Assembly (NCBI GenBank): GCA_963668175.1
Contig: OY764159.1
Location: 1,632,001-1,696,000, forward strand
From: Syntrophales bacterium
Lineage (GTDB): Bacteria; Desulfobacterota; Syntrophia; Syntrophales; PHBD01
Reading direction: 5' to 3'
Length of the DNA stretch: 64,000 nucleotides
Every line of letters starts with the position of its first letter. Positions within the stretch are counted from its first letter, which is position 1. The notes under the pieces are model-generated. The model worked only from the letters and a program-made list of their open reading frames with translations, was not told the origin of the DNA and ran no database searches. This document shows positions 41,049 through 51,077 of this stretch, one piece after another. A program made the translations under genes and the position numbers.

Positions 41049-41828
41049 ATGGCTGCCCAAAATGCCACATATACGCTGCAGGAACTCATGGCCGTCGCGG
41101 CTTCGAGAGAAATCAAGGACGGAGAGAAGGTGATCATCGGCACGGGCCTTCCCCTCCTCGGGGCCTTCCTGGCCCAGAAGACCCATGCCCCCAACATTGT
41201 AGCCATCTACGAATCGGGGGCCATCGACTGCAAGCCCCTGGTGACCCCTTTCTCGGTGGCCGACTCCGTGCTGGCGCCGGGATCGGCGATGCAGGGCGGG
41301 CTCATGGAGGGCCTCGGCATCGTCCACGCCGGAGATCTCGATGTGGGATTCCTCGGCGGCGCCCAGATCGACAAATACGGCAATCTCAATACGCACGTCA
41401 TCGGCGACTACCGGAACCCCAGCGTCCGTTTCGCCGGCAGCGGCGGCAGCAACGATATCGGCGCGGGCTGTAAGCGGACGATCATCATGATGCTGCACCA
41501 GAAACAGCGCTTTCCCGAAAAGGTAGACTTCGTCACCACGCCGGGCTACTTCGGCGGCGGCAAGGAACGGGAAAAGATGGGCTTCTACGGAAACGGCCCG
41601 AGCGTCGTGGTTTCCACCCTGGGAATCCTGCGTTTCGACCCCGTGACGAAGGAGATGTATCTCGCGTCCAACCATCCCGGCATCTCCATCCAGACGATCA
41701 AGGACAACACCGGCTGGGACCTGAAGATCGCCCCGGATATCCACGAGACCGAACCGCCCACGCCGGAACAGATTCGCATGCTCCGGGAAGAACTCGATCC
41801 CACCGGCGTGTTCCTGGGAAAGAAGTAG
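41049..41828 (+). CDS. Family I CoA-transferase subunit B (GctB-like)
   Basis: GTGLP, YESG (catalytic Glu), GGAQIDKYGNLN, GSGG; RBS AAGGAGG. Confidence 0.88.
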   Translation: MAAQNATYTLQELMAVAASREIKDGEKVIIGTGLPLLGAFLAQKTHAPNIVAIYESGAIDCKPLVTPFSVADSVLAPGSAMQGGLMEGLGIVHAGDLDVGFLGGAQIDKYGNLNTHVIGDYRNPSVRFAGSGGSNDIGAGCKRTIIMMLHQKQRFPEKVDFVTTPGYFGGGKEREKMGFYGNGPSVVVSTLGILRFDPVTKEMYLASNHPGISIQTIKDNTGWDLKIAPDIHETEPPTPEQIRMLREELDPTGVFLGKK

Positions 41829-41891
41829 AAAATGTAACCCGATTCGTAGCGACGAGCATGTGCGGATCCTTTGACGACGAGGAGATGAAAG

Positions 41892-42653
41892 ATGGCAGAC
41901 GTTGTTCTCTACGAAAAAAAGGAAAATCTGGCTTTTATCACATTCAACCGCCCCGAGGCGCTCAACGCCCTTAACACGGAAGTCAACATGAAGGTCGTCG
42001 AGCTTCTGGATAAGGCGGAAGCCGACCCCGAGGTGCGCGTGATCATCCTCACGGGCACGGGCACCAAGGCCTTCGTGGCCGGGGCCGACATCAAGGAGAT
42101 GCTGAGCATGGGCGCCATGGAGGCCCGCGCCCACGCCCTCAAGTTCAAACGGGTGACGGACAGGATATGGAACTTCCCGAAGCCCGTCATCGCGGCCATT
42201 AACGGCTTCTGCCTCGGCGGAGGCCTGGAATATGCGTTGGCGTGCGATCTTCGGATCGCCGCCGCCAACGCCCGGATGGGACTGCCGGAAATCAGCCTGG
42301 GCATCCTGCCGGGCGGCGGGGGGACGCAGAGGCTTCCCCGCATCATCGGCCTCACCAAGGCAAAGGAATTGTGCCTTACCGGCGACATGATCGACGCCGC
42401 CAAGGCTCTGGAACTGGGCCTCGTCAACGCGGTCTATCCTTATGAATCGCTCATGGACGAGACGGTGGCCCTGGCGAAGAAGATTGCATCGAAGAGCGCG
42501 GCGTCCGTCACGCTCATTAAGCTGGCCATGAACAAGGGGACGGAGATGGATCTGGAATCGGCCGCCCTGTTCGAGATCGACAGTTTCGGCCTCTGCTTCT
42601 CCACGGAAGAGCAGAAGCAGGGTATGGCCGCCTTTGTCGGCAAGAAGAAGTAA
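41892..42653 (+). CDS. Enoyl-CoA hydratase (crotonase)
   Basis: NRPEALNAL, FVAGADI, GGGLEYAL, GLPEI, PGGGGTQRL. Confidence 0.92.
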   Translation: MADVVLYEKKENLAFITFNRPEALNALNTEVNMKVVELLDKAEADPEVRVIILTGTGTKAFVAGADIKEMLSMGAMEARAHALKFKRVTDRIWNFPKPVIAAINGFCLGGGLEYALACDLRIAAANARMGLPEISLGILPGGGGTQRLPRIIGLTKAKELCLTGDMIDAAKALELGLVNAVYPYESLMDETVALAKKIASKSAASVTLIKLAMNKGTEMDLESAALFEIDSFGLCFSTEEQKQGMAAFVGKKK

Positions 42654-42730
42654 CGTAACCATCTATCCCGGCTGGACCGGACAGAGATATTGAAGCAGCA
42701 CAAAATTCAACATGCGTATTGGAGGTAGAT

Positions 42731-43876
42731 ATGGATTTCAGACTGAATGACGTTCAAACGATGCTAAGGGACACCATCAGGAGGATCGCCCAGGAGCAGT
42801 TCGCGCCCAGGGCGGCGGAGATCGATGCATCCGAAAGGTTTCCCTGGGAAAACTTCGAGGTACTGCGGGACAACGGTCTTCTGGGTGTCAACGTGGAAGA
42901 AGAGTACGGCGGTACCGGCGCCGGCCAGCTGGCGATGCTGCTGGTCCTTGAAGAAACGGCCCGCGCCTGCGGTTCCACCTCGGTCATCCTGACCAACCAG
43001 GGGCTTTCCAGCGAACCCCTCATGATCGCCGGCAACGAGGAACAGAAAAAGACGTACCTTTACCGCCTGGCCACGGGCGAATGCCCCGGCGCTATGGCTA
43101 TCACGGAACCGAACGCCGGTTCGGACGTGGCGGGAATGAAGACGACGGCCACCAAGGTAGACGGGGGCTACGTCCTGAACGGTTCCAAGATATTCATCAC
43201 CCAGGCCGCCGTCGCCGGGATCACGAACGTGATCTGCTACACCGACAAGTCCAAGGGCAACAAGGGTATGAGCATCTTCACCATCGAGAAAGGCGCGAAG
43301 GGACTGGTTATCGGCAAGCCTGAGCACAAATTGGGCATCCGCGGCTCCGACACGCGCGAGCTTTCCTTCGAGGACTGCTTCGTTCCCGATAAAAATCTGG
43401 TAGGTCCCGAGGGAAGCGGCTTCAAGACCCTCATGAAGACCTTCAACTACTCGCGACCCAATATCGCCGCCCAGGCCCTCGGCATCGCCCAGGGTGCGCT
43501 GGACGCCGCCATTTCCTACGCGAAGGAACGCATGCAGTTCGGCAAGACCCTGGCCTCTTTCCAGGGCATGCAGTGGATGCTGGCCGAGATGGCGCTCGCC
43601 GTCGAGTCGTCCCGGACGATGGTTTACCGTGCGGGCACCATGATCGATACGGAACCCGACCATCCCGATATCCCCAAGATCTGTTCCATGGCGAAATGGA
43701 TCGCTTCCGACACGGCCATGAAGGTCACGACCGACGCCGTGCAGATTTTCGGCGGCTACGGCTACACCAGGGAGTATCCCGTCGAGAGAATGATGCGCGA
43801 TGCCAAGATCACGCAGATTTACGAAGGAACAAACCAGGTACAGCGGATCATCATCGGAGGCCAGCTGTTGAGGTAG
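42731..43876 (+). CDS. Acyl-CoA dehydrogenase
   Basis: TEPNAGSD, NGSKIFIT, KLGIRGS, GGYGY, IYEGTNQ. Confidence 0.93.
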   Translation: MDFRLNDVQTMLRDTIRRIAQEQFAPRAAEIDASERFPWENFEVLRDNGLLGVNVEEEYGGTGAGQLAMLLVLEETARACGSTSVILTNQGLSSEPLMIAGNEEQKKTYLYRLATGECPGAMAITEPNAGSDVAGMKTTATKVDGGYVLNGSKIFITQAAVAGITNVICYTDKSKGNKGMSIFTIEKGAKGLVIGKPEHKLGIRGSDTRELSFEDCFVPDKNLVGPEGSGFKTLMKTFNYSRPNIAAQALGIAQGALDAAISYAKERMQFGKTLASFQGMQWMLAEMALAVESSRTMVYRAGTMIDTEPDHPDIPKICSMAKWIASDTAMKVTTDAVQIFGGYGYTREYPVERMMRDAKITQIYEGTNQVQRIIIGGQLLR

Positions 43877-44235
43877 GACACCATTACAGGCCGGGACGTG
43901 CTCCGCGTGTTCCGACTGCTGAAGACGATGATCGAAAGGTGTGCCGGAAACGGAGACCCCCGTCCGGCGCACCTTTGATCTTTGACAACGATATAGCAGA
44001 CGATTTTTTACAATTTTGTAACACGTATGGGAATGCATGATATCCTACGCTAATGACGCAAATGCTTCATCGGTTCCGGCAACGGACAATCCTGGCGGAT
44101 AAGCCCGGGGGCCGCAACTCCCGTCCCGACCGACGGCGGGCTCCGAGTGAAGCATTTCATCCAGAACAGCGGCGGCGGCAGGCGTTCCCTGATAAATAGT
44201 GGCATGATATCGGAGCCTTATAAATAATGGAGGAC

Positions 44236-44251
44236 TGGCACGTTTCTTTCT
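44236..44251 (+). promoter_or_regulatory. Possible sigma54 promoter (variant -12)
   Basis: TGGCAC-GTTTC-TTTCT upstream of the MFS gene; -12 element lacks the GC. Confidence 0.35.
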
Positions 44252-44349
44252 ATCTCTCATGCGAGCCCTCAAAAAGCATCCGATATCCAGCAAGGCTTTA
44301 ACCTATTTTCCAGTATGGAATAGATTAATTATGTTAAGGAGGAGGGAGT

Positions 44350-45669
44350 ATGGCCAATGAATCAGTAGCAACAGCAACACAGGCATTTGCGAAGCCAGAG
44401 ACCAATACCCGCTGGTATATCGTTTTTATGCTGGCTCTGGGAACAGTCATCAACTACATTGACCGCGTCAATTTCGGTGTCGCGACGCCGACATTGATGA
44501 AGGAGTTCAACTTGGGGGCGGTGGAAATGGGCGTCCTCATGTCGGCCTTCTTCTGGTCGTATACCATCATGATGCTTCCTGCCGGCGCCCTTTTGAACAA
44601 ATTCGGGCCCCACAAGGTCCTGGGCGCCGCGGGGCTCGCCTGGGGTGCCGTCACGATGTCGATGGCGGCCTGCCAGGGTTTCGTTTCGTTTATCGTGATC
44701 CGCGTCGGTCTGGGCCTCACGGAGGCACCCGCTTTCCCGTCCAACGCCCGTGTGGTTTCGGTCTGGGTGCCGAAGCGGGAAAGGACCTTCGCCTCGGCGA
44801 TGTTCGACTGCAGCGCCCGGGCCGGTAATGCCTTTGCGCCCCCGCTCGTCGCCTACATCATCGCGGCATGGGGCTGGAAGGCCTCCTTCGTCGTCACCGG
44901 CGCCCTGGCCGTTGTCTGGGCCATCTGGTGGCTCATGACCTATCACGAACCGTCCAAGCATCCGAGAATCTCCAAGAGCGAACTCATGTATATCCGCCAG
45001 GACGAAGTCATCCATGACGACGGGACGATCAAGAGCCATCCGATTCCCATGTGGCGGCTTATCACCTATCCCACCATCCTCAAGCTGTGCGTCGCCTATG
45101 CGCTCTATCTTTATGTCTGGGTCGTCTTCACGTTTTGGATTCCCACCTTCCTGATGAAGGCCAAGGGCCTGTCGCTGAAGGAGATGGGGCTTGCCGCGTC
45201 GGTGCCGTTCATTGTCGGCGTTCTCATGGAGCTCGTCGGCGGCAAGGTTTTCGACAAATGGTACGATAAGGGCGGCACGATCAACTCCCTGCGCCGGACA
45301 GGCATGGGCATCGCCATGTTCGGGGCGGCCATTTTCATCTACTGCCTCATGGAATCCAACACGGCCTTCTGGGCGGTCTTCTGGCTGAGCGCCTTCATGG
45401 GAATCTTCTCCTTCGGCGCCTCCAACGTCTGGGCCATCCCGAGCGACATCGCCCCTTACGGACAGGCGGGCGGCGTCGGCGGCATCTACAATTTCGCCGG
45501 CAACTTCGGCGCCCTCTTCGGCCCGATGATCACCGGCTGGTTCGTCCAAAATTCGCCCTATGGCTTCAACGGCGCCTTCGGGCTCTGCGCGGCTTTCGCG
45601 GCAATAGGCGGTTTCCTCTACATCTTTACAAGCTATGAACGCCTGATGCCCAAGAAACAGGATATGTAA
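44350..45669 (+). CDS. MFS transporter, anion:cation symporter (ACS) type
   Basis: NYIDRVN, SAFFWSY, EAPAFP, WVPKRER. Confidence 0.9.
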   Translation: MANESVATATQAFAKPETNTRWYIVFMLALGTVINYIDRVNFGVATPTLMKEFNLGAVEMGVLMSAFFWSYTIMMLPAGALLNKFGPHKVLGAAGLAWGAVTMSMAACQGFVSFIVIRVGLGLTEAPAFPSNARVVSVWVPKRERTFASAMFDCSARAGNAFAPPLVAYIIAAWGWKASFVVTGALAVVWAIWWLMTYHEPSKHPRISKSELMYIRQDEVIHDDGTIKSHPIPMWRLITYPTILKLCVAYALYLYVWVVFTFWIPTFLMKAKGLSLKEMGLAASVPFIVGVLMELVGGKVFDKWYDKGGTINSLRRTGMGIAMFGAAIFIYCLMESNTAFWAVFWLSAFMGIFSFGASNVWAIPSDIAPYGQAGGVGGIYNFAGNFGALFGPMITGWFVQNSPYGFNGAFGLCAAFAAIGGFLYIFTSYERLMPKKQDM

Positions 45670-45682
45670 ACATTAAGAAGAT

Positions 45683-45716
45683 CCGGGACGGCCGCCCGCA
45701 AGGGTGGCCGTCCCGG
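45683..45716. terminator. Strong intergenic stem-loop with GCAA tetraloop
   Basis: ccgggacggccgccc-gcaa-gggtggccgtcccgg; no U-tract, so possibly a stability element. Confidence 0.5.
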
Positions 45717-45837
45717 CCCCTATCGGCGCTTCTCATTGCAAGCGAGGCCCCGCATGAGCGGTCCTGCGGCGCATCCCGTGTAATGATCCGCGATTCTCGA
45801 AAGCAGTTAAGAAATAAACACAGGAAAGGAGTTTGTT

Positions 45838-46977
45838 ATGGAGTTCTCTTTAACGGAAGAACAAACCATGTTTAAGGAGACCGCGAGGAAATTTGCCGAA
45901 ACGGAGATTACTCCTCTCATTCATCAGATGGAAACGACACAGCGGACGCCCCGCGAGCTGATCAAGAAGATGCGGGAGTTGAGTTTTTACGGAATCCAGT
46001 ATCCGGCCAAGTACGGCGGTGTCGGCAGCACTTATCTCGAATACGTTATGGTCCTTGAAGAGATCTGTCGCGTGTACTGCGCAATCGGCGGCCATATTTC
46101 CGTCAACTGTCTCTGCGCAGGGACGCTCAACGATTTCGGCACGGAAGAACAGAAGCTGAAGTACCTGCCCCAGGTCGTGGCCGGAGACGCGGTAGGGAGC
46201 TTTGCCTTCACCGAGCCGGCGACGGGCTCCGATCCCGGTGCGGTCCGGACGACCTGCGTCCGCGACGGTAACGACTGGGTCATCAACGGCGAAAAGATAT
46301 TCATCACCAACTCGACCCTGCCCGGCTATATCGTCGTCTTCTGCAAGGATGTGGAAAAGGAAAACAAGATCACGAATATCATCGTTCCCAAGGATGCCAA
46401 GGGCTATTCTACGCCGAAGCTCGTGGAGAAGATGGGCATGCACGGCATGGAAGTGGCCGACGTCGTTCTTGAAGACGTGCGCGTGCCGTTTGAAAATACG
46501 ACCGGCGGTGAAGCGGGACGGGGCAAGGGCTTCACCATTCTGACCACGGAAATCGCCATCGGGAAGCTGGGCATCTCGGCCGAGTGCGTCGGCATGGCCC
46601 AGGGCGCCCTTGAAGAGGCGATCAAGTATGCCAAGGAGAGGGTCCAGAGGGGAAAGCCGATTTCCAGCTTCCAGACGATCCAGTGGCTTCTTGGCGAAAT
46701 GTCGTCCGATGTCGAAGCGGCGCGGCAGTACCTGTACTACACGGCCTACTGGAAATCCCAGAAAAAGGATATCCTGTTCGATTCGGCGAGGCTCCGTCTC
46801 TTCGCATCGCAGGCTTGTCACCGCGTGACGAGCAACGCCATGCAGGTCCTCGGTGCGTTTGCCTATTCGAAGGAGTTCAACGTGGAGCGGATCTTCCGCG
46901 ACATGAAACTGGCGGAAATTTACGAAGGTGTCAACGAAATCCAGCGCGTCATGGCTGCGGCCGGTGTCCTTCGCTAA
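45838..46977 (+). CDS. Acyl-CoA dehydrogenase
   Basis: FTEPATGSD, NGEKIFITN, KMGMHG, IYEGVNEIQR. Confidence 0.92.
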   Translation: MEFSLTEEQTMFKETARKFAETEITPLIHQMETTQRTPRELIKKMRELSFYGIQYPAKYGGVGSTYLEYVMVLEEICRVYCAIGGHISVNCLCAGTLNDFGTEEQKLKYLPQVVAGDAVGSFAFTEPATGSDPGAVRTTCVRDGNDWVINGEKIFITNSTLPGYIVVFCKDVEKENKITNIIVPKDAKGYSTPKLVEKMGMHGMEVADVVLEDVRVPFENTTGGEAGRGKGFTILTTEIAIGKLGISAECVGMAQGALEEAIKYAKERVQRGKPISSFQTIQWLLGEMSSDVEAARQYLYYTAYWKSQKKDILFDSARLRLFASQACHRVTSNAMQVLGAFAYSKEFNVERIFRDMKLAEIYEGVNEIQRVMAAAGVLR

Positions 46978-47011
46978 ATAGATCATAAGTATATCAGGAA
47001 GGAGTACGTTT

Positions 47012-47785
47012 ATGGACATGAAGTATTTGCTGTTGAATGTGGAAGACAAGGTGGCGACCGTAACGATCCATCGTCCCGACAAGGGGAATGCGCTGGCGCC
47101 GGAGGTTCTTCAGGAAGTGGAATATATCTTTACGGAGATCGCAAAGCGTCAGGACGTGAACGTGGTCGTGTTCACGGGCGGCGAGAAATACTTCTCGGCG
47201 GGCTTCGATCTCACGATCATCCGGAAGCTGGAGAAAGTATCGAACGAGGACTACACGGCGCTGTTCCACCGTGCGTACCGTGCGATTATGTTCTGCGAGC
47301 AGCCGGTAATCTGCGCCGTAGGCGGACCGGCGATCGCGGGCGGATTCGACCTGACCTTGATGTGCGATATCCGGTATGCATCCGAGCGGGCGAAGTTCGG
47401 TCAGCGGGAAATCGTTCTGTCGCTGACGCCGATCATGGACCCGCTGTGGCGTATCATCGGTCTGGGCCGTGCGAAGGAAGTGGCGCTGACGGGCCGTATC
47501 TACGACGCCCACGAGGCGGAGAAGATGGGCTACGTGACGAAGGTGTTCCCGGAAGGGCAGTTGCTGACGTCTGTCATGGCGATCGCGAAGGAGATGGCCT
47601 CCTACGACCGTATGTGCCTGAAAGAGACGAAGCAGCTTGCGAACCACATTTTGGACGAAGACCTTGACGGCGCCATGAAGGTCCAGGAATGGCTGTTCAG
47701 GACGTATATCGGCTCCGAGGACAACCACCAGCGCATCGACGCCCTCCAGGCCAAACTGGCGGCGGCGAGAGCGAACAAGAAATAA
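47012..47785 (+). CDS. Enoyl-CoA hydratase/isomerase family protein (atypical)
   Basis: FSAGFDL, AIAGGFDL (Asp at the usual first Glu), FGQRE. Confidence 0.85.
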   Translation: MDMKYLLLNVEDKVATVTIHRPDKGNALAPEVLQEVEYIFTEIAKRQDVNVVVFTGGEKYFSAGFDLTIIRKLEKVSNEDYTALFHRAYRAIMFCEQPVICAVGGPAIAGGFDLTLMCDIRYASERAKFGQREIVLSLTPIMDPLWRIIGLGRAKEVALTGRIYDAHEAEKMGYVTKVFPEGQLLTSVMAIAKEMASYDRMCLKETKQLANHILDEDLDGAMKVQEWLFRTYIGSEDNHQRIDALQAKLAAARANKK

Positions 47786-47847
47786 CGGCCTTGCAGTAAG
47801 GGGGCCCGGGATACCGGGTTTACTGGGCCAGTTCTGCGTGCCGCGAA

Positions 47848-47880
47848 GGACGGCCGGATGATGCGGACATCCGGCCGTCC
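47848..47880. terminator. Stem-loop after the operon
   Basis: ggacggccggatg-N7-catccggccgtcc perfect 13-bp stem. Confidence 0.45.
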
Positions 47881-48331
47881 CCGCGCGGTGGCAGGACCGG
47901 CCCCAACGAGGCAGAGATGCCGTCCACCCCTTTGACATCGTTCAATCTTTTCTTCCTCTCCGGGCGGACCGACTGACGCGGATATGTGCACCGGCGGAGA
48001 ACGGCCGCCGTTTCTCTGCGGACGAGGAATGAATCAGGAACCGGGGCTCCGCGTGGAATTTCGATCCGGCTCGCTGCAGGCTTGACGTCTGGGGACATCC
48101 GCGGGGACGGGTTCCTGTTGCTTGTCGTGTCTGTCAACGTACCCCTTGCGCGGGCGGGCATTTGCTGGTATGAAGAGCACATCACCCCATCCGTGATGGG
48201 AAGCTGTAAGGGGTGGGACTACTGAGTGCCCTCATTTGTGTCGCCCTGCCACTTTCGGTTCCCTGCGTTGCCTGCATTCCTGCGCTGTTGAGCAGTCATA
48301 TTCTCCTTAGGAAAGGGTTATAATACCCCAT

Positions 48332-48904
48332 ATGAATGCCATATCCGTCGCCGCCATCGTTTTTGCCGCCGCCCTGGTCGTCATTTTCATCCGCGGACAT
48401 CGTATCCTTAAGAAACGAGAGAAGAGGCTCGAAGAGATTGCCCGGGAGGAGCAGAGGGATGTGAGAAAGCTTGCTTACGTCGCCTACCACGGCGGTCATC
48501 CCGACCTACCGGTGCCCCAGAAGCTGACGGCGGCTCTGACGGAGGATGCCCTTGTCCTGGTAACCAACCGGGGAGATAAGACCGTGCTTCCCATGCAAGA
48601 CTGGGTCAAGTTGGAGAAGTTTACGACAAAGCGGAAGCACGATGTGAAGCAGCGGAGCATGGTCCTCTGGGGCCCTTTCAATAATGTCATGTTCAAGGAT
48701 CAGATCCGGCATTTTATAGTCGTCAACTACCGCCACGGCCGGAACGAAGATCCGGACAACCATATCCTGATCGAACTGGGAAACCCGGACGAGAGGGACA
48801 AGGTATTTGCGGAAATCGACCGGACGCTCACGCAATTCAGACGTTCCGGTCCGGTGGCGGAGCGGGGCCGGCCGGCGGAAGCGGATCTGCTGCATACGTC
48901 CTGA
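48332..48904 (+). CDS. Membrane-anchored hypothetical protein
   Basis: N-terminal TM, YHGGHP motif; directly upstream of a sensor kinase. Confidence 0.65.
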   Translation: MNAISVAAIVFAAALVVIFIRGHRILKKREKRLEEIAREEQRDVRKLAYVAYHGGHPDLPVPQKLTAALTEDALVLVTNRGDKTVLPMQDWVKLEKFTTKRKHDVKQRSMVLWGPFNNVMFKDQIRHFIVVNYRHGRNEDPDNHILIELGNPDERDKVFAEIDRTLTQFRRSGPVAERGRPAEADLLHTS

Positions 48905-48932
48905 CCGGTGCCAGACGGGGAAAACGGGCGCG

Positions 48933-51071
48933 ATGGAAGAGACGGAAAGAGAAAAAAAGCATTTTGACAAGAGATACTTTCGCTCTCAGGAGCATTTGAA
49001 GAAAAAAGTCCGGCTCCTAGCATCCATCTATAAAATCAGCCGGCTGCTCAACCGGTCCATCACCAGGGACAAGATTCTGCTTGCCCTCGTCAAGGAGATG
49101 AAGAAAGTCTTCGATCTCCACCGCAGCATGATCTTTCTGATCAACAGGCGGGAGAATACCCTGGAGATGAAGTACGTCATCGGTTTCTCCCCGGAAGAGT
49201 CCAAGAGGGCCTTCAAATACCCCCTGGACATGGACAAACAGCAGTGCCGGGAGACGCTCGTCGCCAGGACGGGCAAGACCATCTACATCAGGAACGCCCA
49301 GAACAGCCCGATCATCACCGAATTCGACTTCAAGATGGACCGCATCTGGCGCCGGACGTCCTCCATCTCGATGCCGCTCAAAATAAAGGGGGAGATCATC
49401 GGCGTCATCCAGGGCGACCAGACGGAAAAGGAACTCGTCCTGTCGAAGAGCGACATCGACCTTTTTTCGACCTTTGCGAGCCACGCCTGCCTGATCATTG
49501 AGAACGCCCGTCTTCAGGAGCAGTACCAGAAAAAGATCGCCCAGCTCCTCTCCCTTCAGGAAATTACGAAAAAGACGAGCTCCACACTGAACCTCCGGAA
49601 ACTGCTGAATATCGTGACGGTCAATGCCCTCAAGATCACCGGCGCCGCTGTCTGCACGCTCCTGCTTGCGGAGCGGGACTATCTCCGTATCGTCTCCTGC
49701 GTCGGGCATGAGATCGATCCCGAAAAGTTCCGGTTGAAAATCGGCGAGGGAATCGCCGGCTGGGTGGCGGAGAAAGGCGTGCCCCTTCTGATCGGCGACG
49801 TGACCGAAGAGCCGCGATATATCGAAAGCATACCGGGGATCGGGTCCACCCTGGCCGTTCCCCTGGTCAGCGAGAAGAAGGCGCTCGGCGTTCTCGTCGT
49901 GGACAGCTTCAAGAAGTCGGCCTTTTCGCTCGACGACCTGGAACTCCTCATGGTCTTCGCGAGCCATACGGCGGTCGTCATCGACAGCGTCCGTCTCTAC
50001 GAACAGGTGATCGCAGAGAGGAACTTTGCCTCCAACATCCTGGAAAGCTCGCCCAACGGCATCATCACGATCGACGAGAACAAGAAAATCCGGGCGCTCA
50101 ACCGGAAGCTGGAGGAGATCCTCGGCATCAAGCGGAGACTCATGCTGGACAAGAAGATCTCCGAAGTCTTCAAGGACAACGAAATCCTCGCCGTTCTGAA
50201 CCAGATGATCGAAGAGCGGCAGATCGTCGAGAACCACGAAGTCACCATGACGAAGAAGGACGGCTCGACGGTCATCCTGGGGCTCAGTTCTTCCTCCATG
50301 CAAACGGACGAAAAAGGGCTGGCGGCCATGATCATCACGATCCAGGACCTGACTGATTTCAAACGCGCCGAAGCCCTTATCCGCAGGGTGGACCGCCTTT
50401 CCTCGCTGGGGCAGTTGTCGGCGGGCATTGCCCACGAGATCCGGAACCCCCTTGCCAGCATCAACTTCAACGCCCAGCTGCTCCAGAAGAAGCTCAAGTC
50501 CGATAGAAATGTCGAAAGCATCCTCAATGACACCTTCGAGGGAATCGACCGTATCAAGGTGCTGGTGCGGCGGATACTCGACTTTACCAAGACGGGACAG
50601 CCCTCGTTCAGCAAAAGCTCCATCAACAGCGTCATTGCCGACTCCATTTCACTGATCGAACCGCAGCTTAAGAAGCGCAAGGTCGATATTAAAAGATATT
50701 TCGCCGACGGCGTTCCCGATATCCTCTGCGATCCCCACCAGATCCAGCAGGTCTTTGTCAATCTCCTGATGAATGCGATCGAATCGATCGAGGACGCAGG
50801 TACGATCGAAATCAGATCCACCGTGGAAAAAAGGCGGTCGGACGGAACGCGCGTCGTCGTCGTGCTTTCCGACGACGGCGTGGGCATCCCCAAGGAGAAC
50901 GTCGCCCGGGTGTTCGATCCGTTTTTTACCACCAAACCCGACGGGACGGGACTGGGGCTCTCGATCGTCTATAAGATCCTGGAGCAGCACGACGCCCAGA
51001 TAGAAATCAAAAGCAGGGAAAAGAAAGGGACGTCGTTCGTCCTCCGGTTTCCCGTAAAAATGCATACATGA
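48933..51071 (+). CDS. GAF-GAF-PAS sensor histidine kinase
   Basis: Two GAF domains, PAS, HEIRNPL, PFFTTK, GTGLGL. Confidence 0.92.
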   Translation: MEETEREKKHFDKRYFRSQEHLKKKVRLLASIYKISRLLNRSITRDKILLALVKEMKKVFDLHRSMIFLINRRENTLEMKYVIGFSPEESKRAFKYPLDMDKQQCRETLVARTGKTIYIRNAQNSPIITEFDFKMDRIWRRTSSISMPLKIKGEIIGVIQGDQTEKELVLSKSDIDLFSTFASHACLIIENARLQEQYQKKIAQLLSLQEITKKTSSTLNLRKLLNIVTVNALKITGAAVCTLLLAERDYLRIVSCVGHEIDPEKFRLKIGEGIAGWVAEKGVPLLIGDVTEEPRYIESIPGIGSTLAVPLVSEKKALGVLVVDSFKKSAFSLDDLELLMVFASHTAVVIDSVRLYEQVIAERNFASNILESSPNGIITIDENKKIRALNRKLEEILGIKRRLMLDKKISEVFKDNEILAVLNQMIEERQIVENHEVTMTKKDGSTVILGLSSSSMQTDEKGLAAMIITIQDLTDFKRAEALIRRVDRLSSLGQLSAGIAHEIRNPLASINFNAQLLQKKLKSDRNVESILNDTFEGIDRIKVLVRRILDFTKTGQPSFSKSSINSVIADSISLIEPQLKKRKVDIKRYFADGVPDILCDPHQIQQVFVNLLMNAIESIEDAGTIEIRSTVEKRRSDGTRVVVVLSDDGVGIPKENVARVFDPFFTTKPDGTGLGLSIVYKILEQHDAQIEIKSREKKGTSFVLRFPVKMHT

Positions 51072-51077
51072 GGGGCC

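Noticed and set aside
41034..47082. Long minus-strand ORFs opposite the CoA cluster
   Set aside because: Antisense shadows of well-supported plus-strand enzymes.
47786..48331. Long intergenic region with hairpins as a possible ncRNA or riboswitch
   Set aside because: No recognisable conserved RNA motif; an Infernal/Rfam search would be needed.
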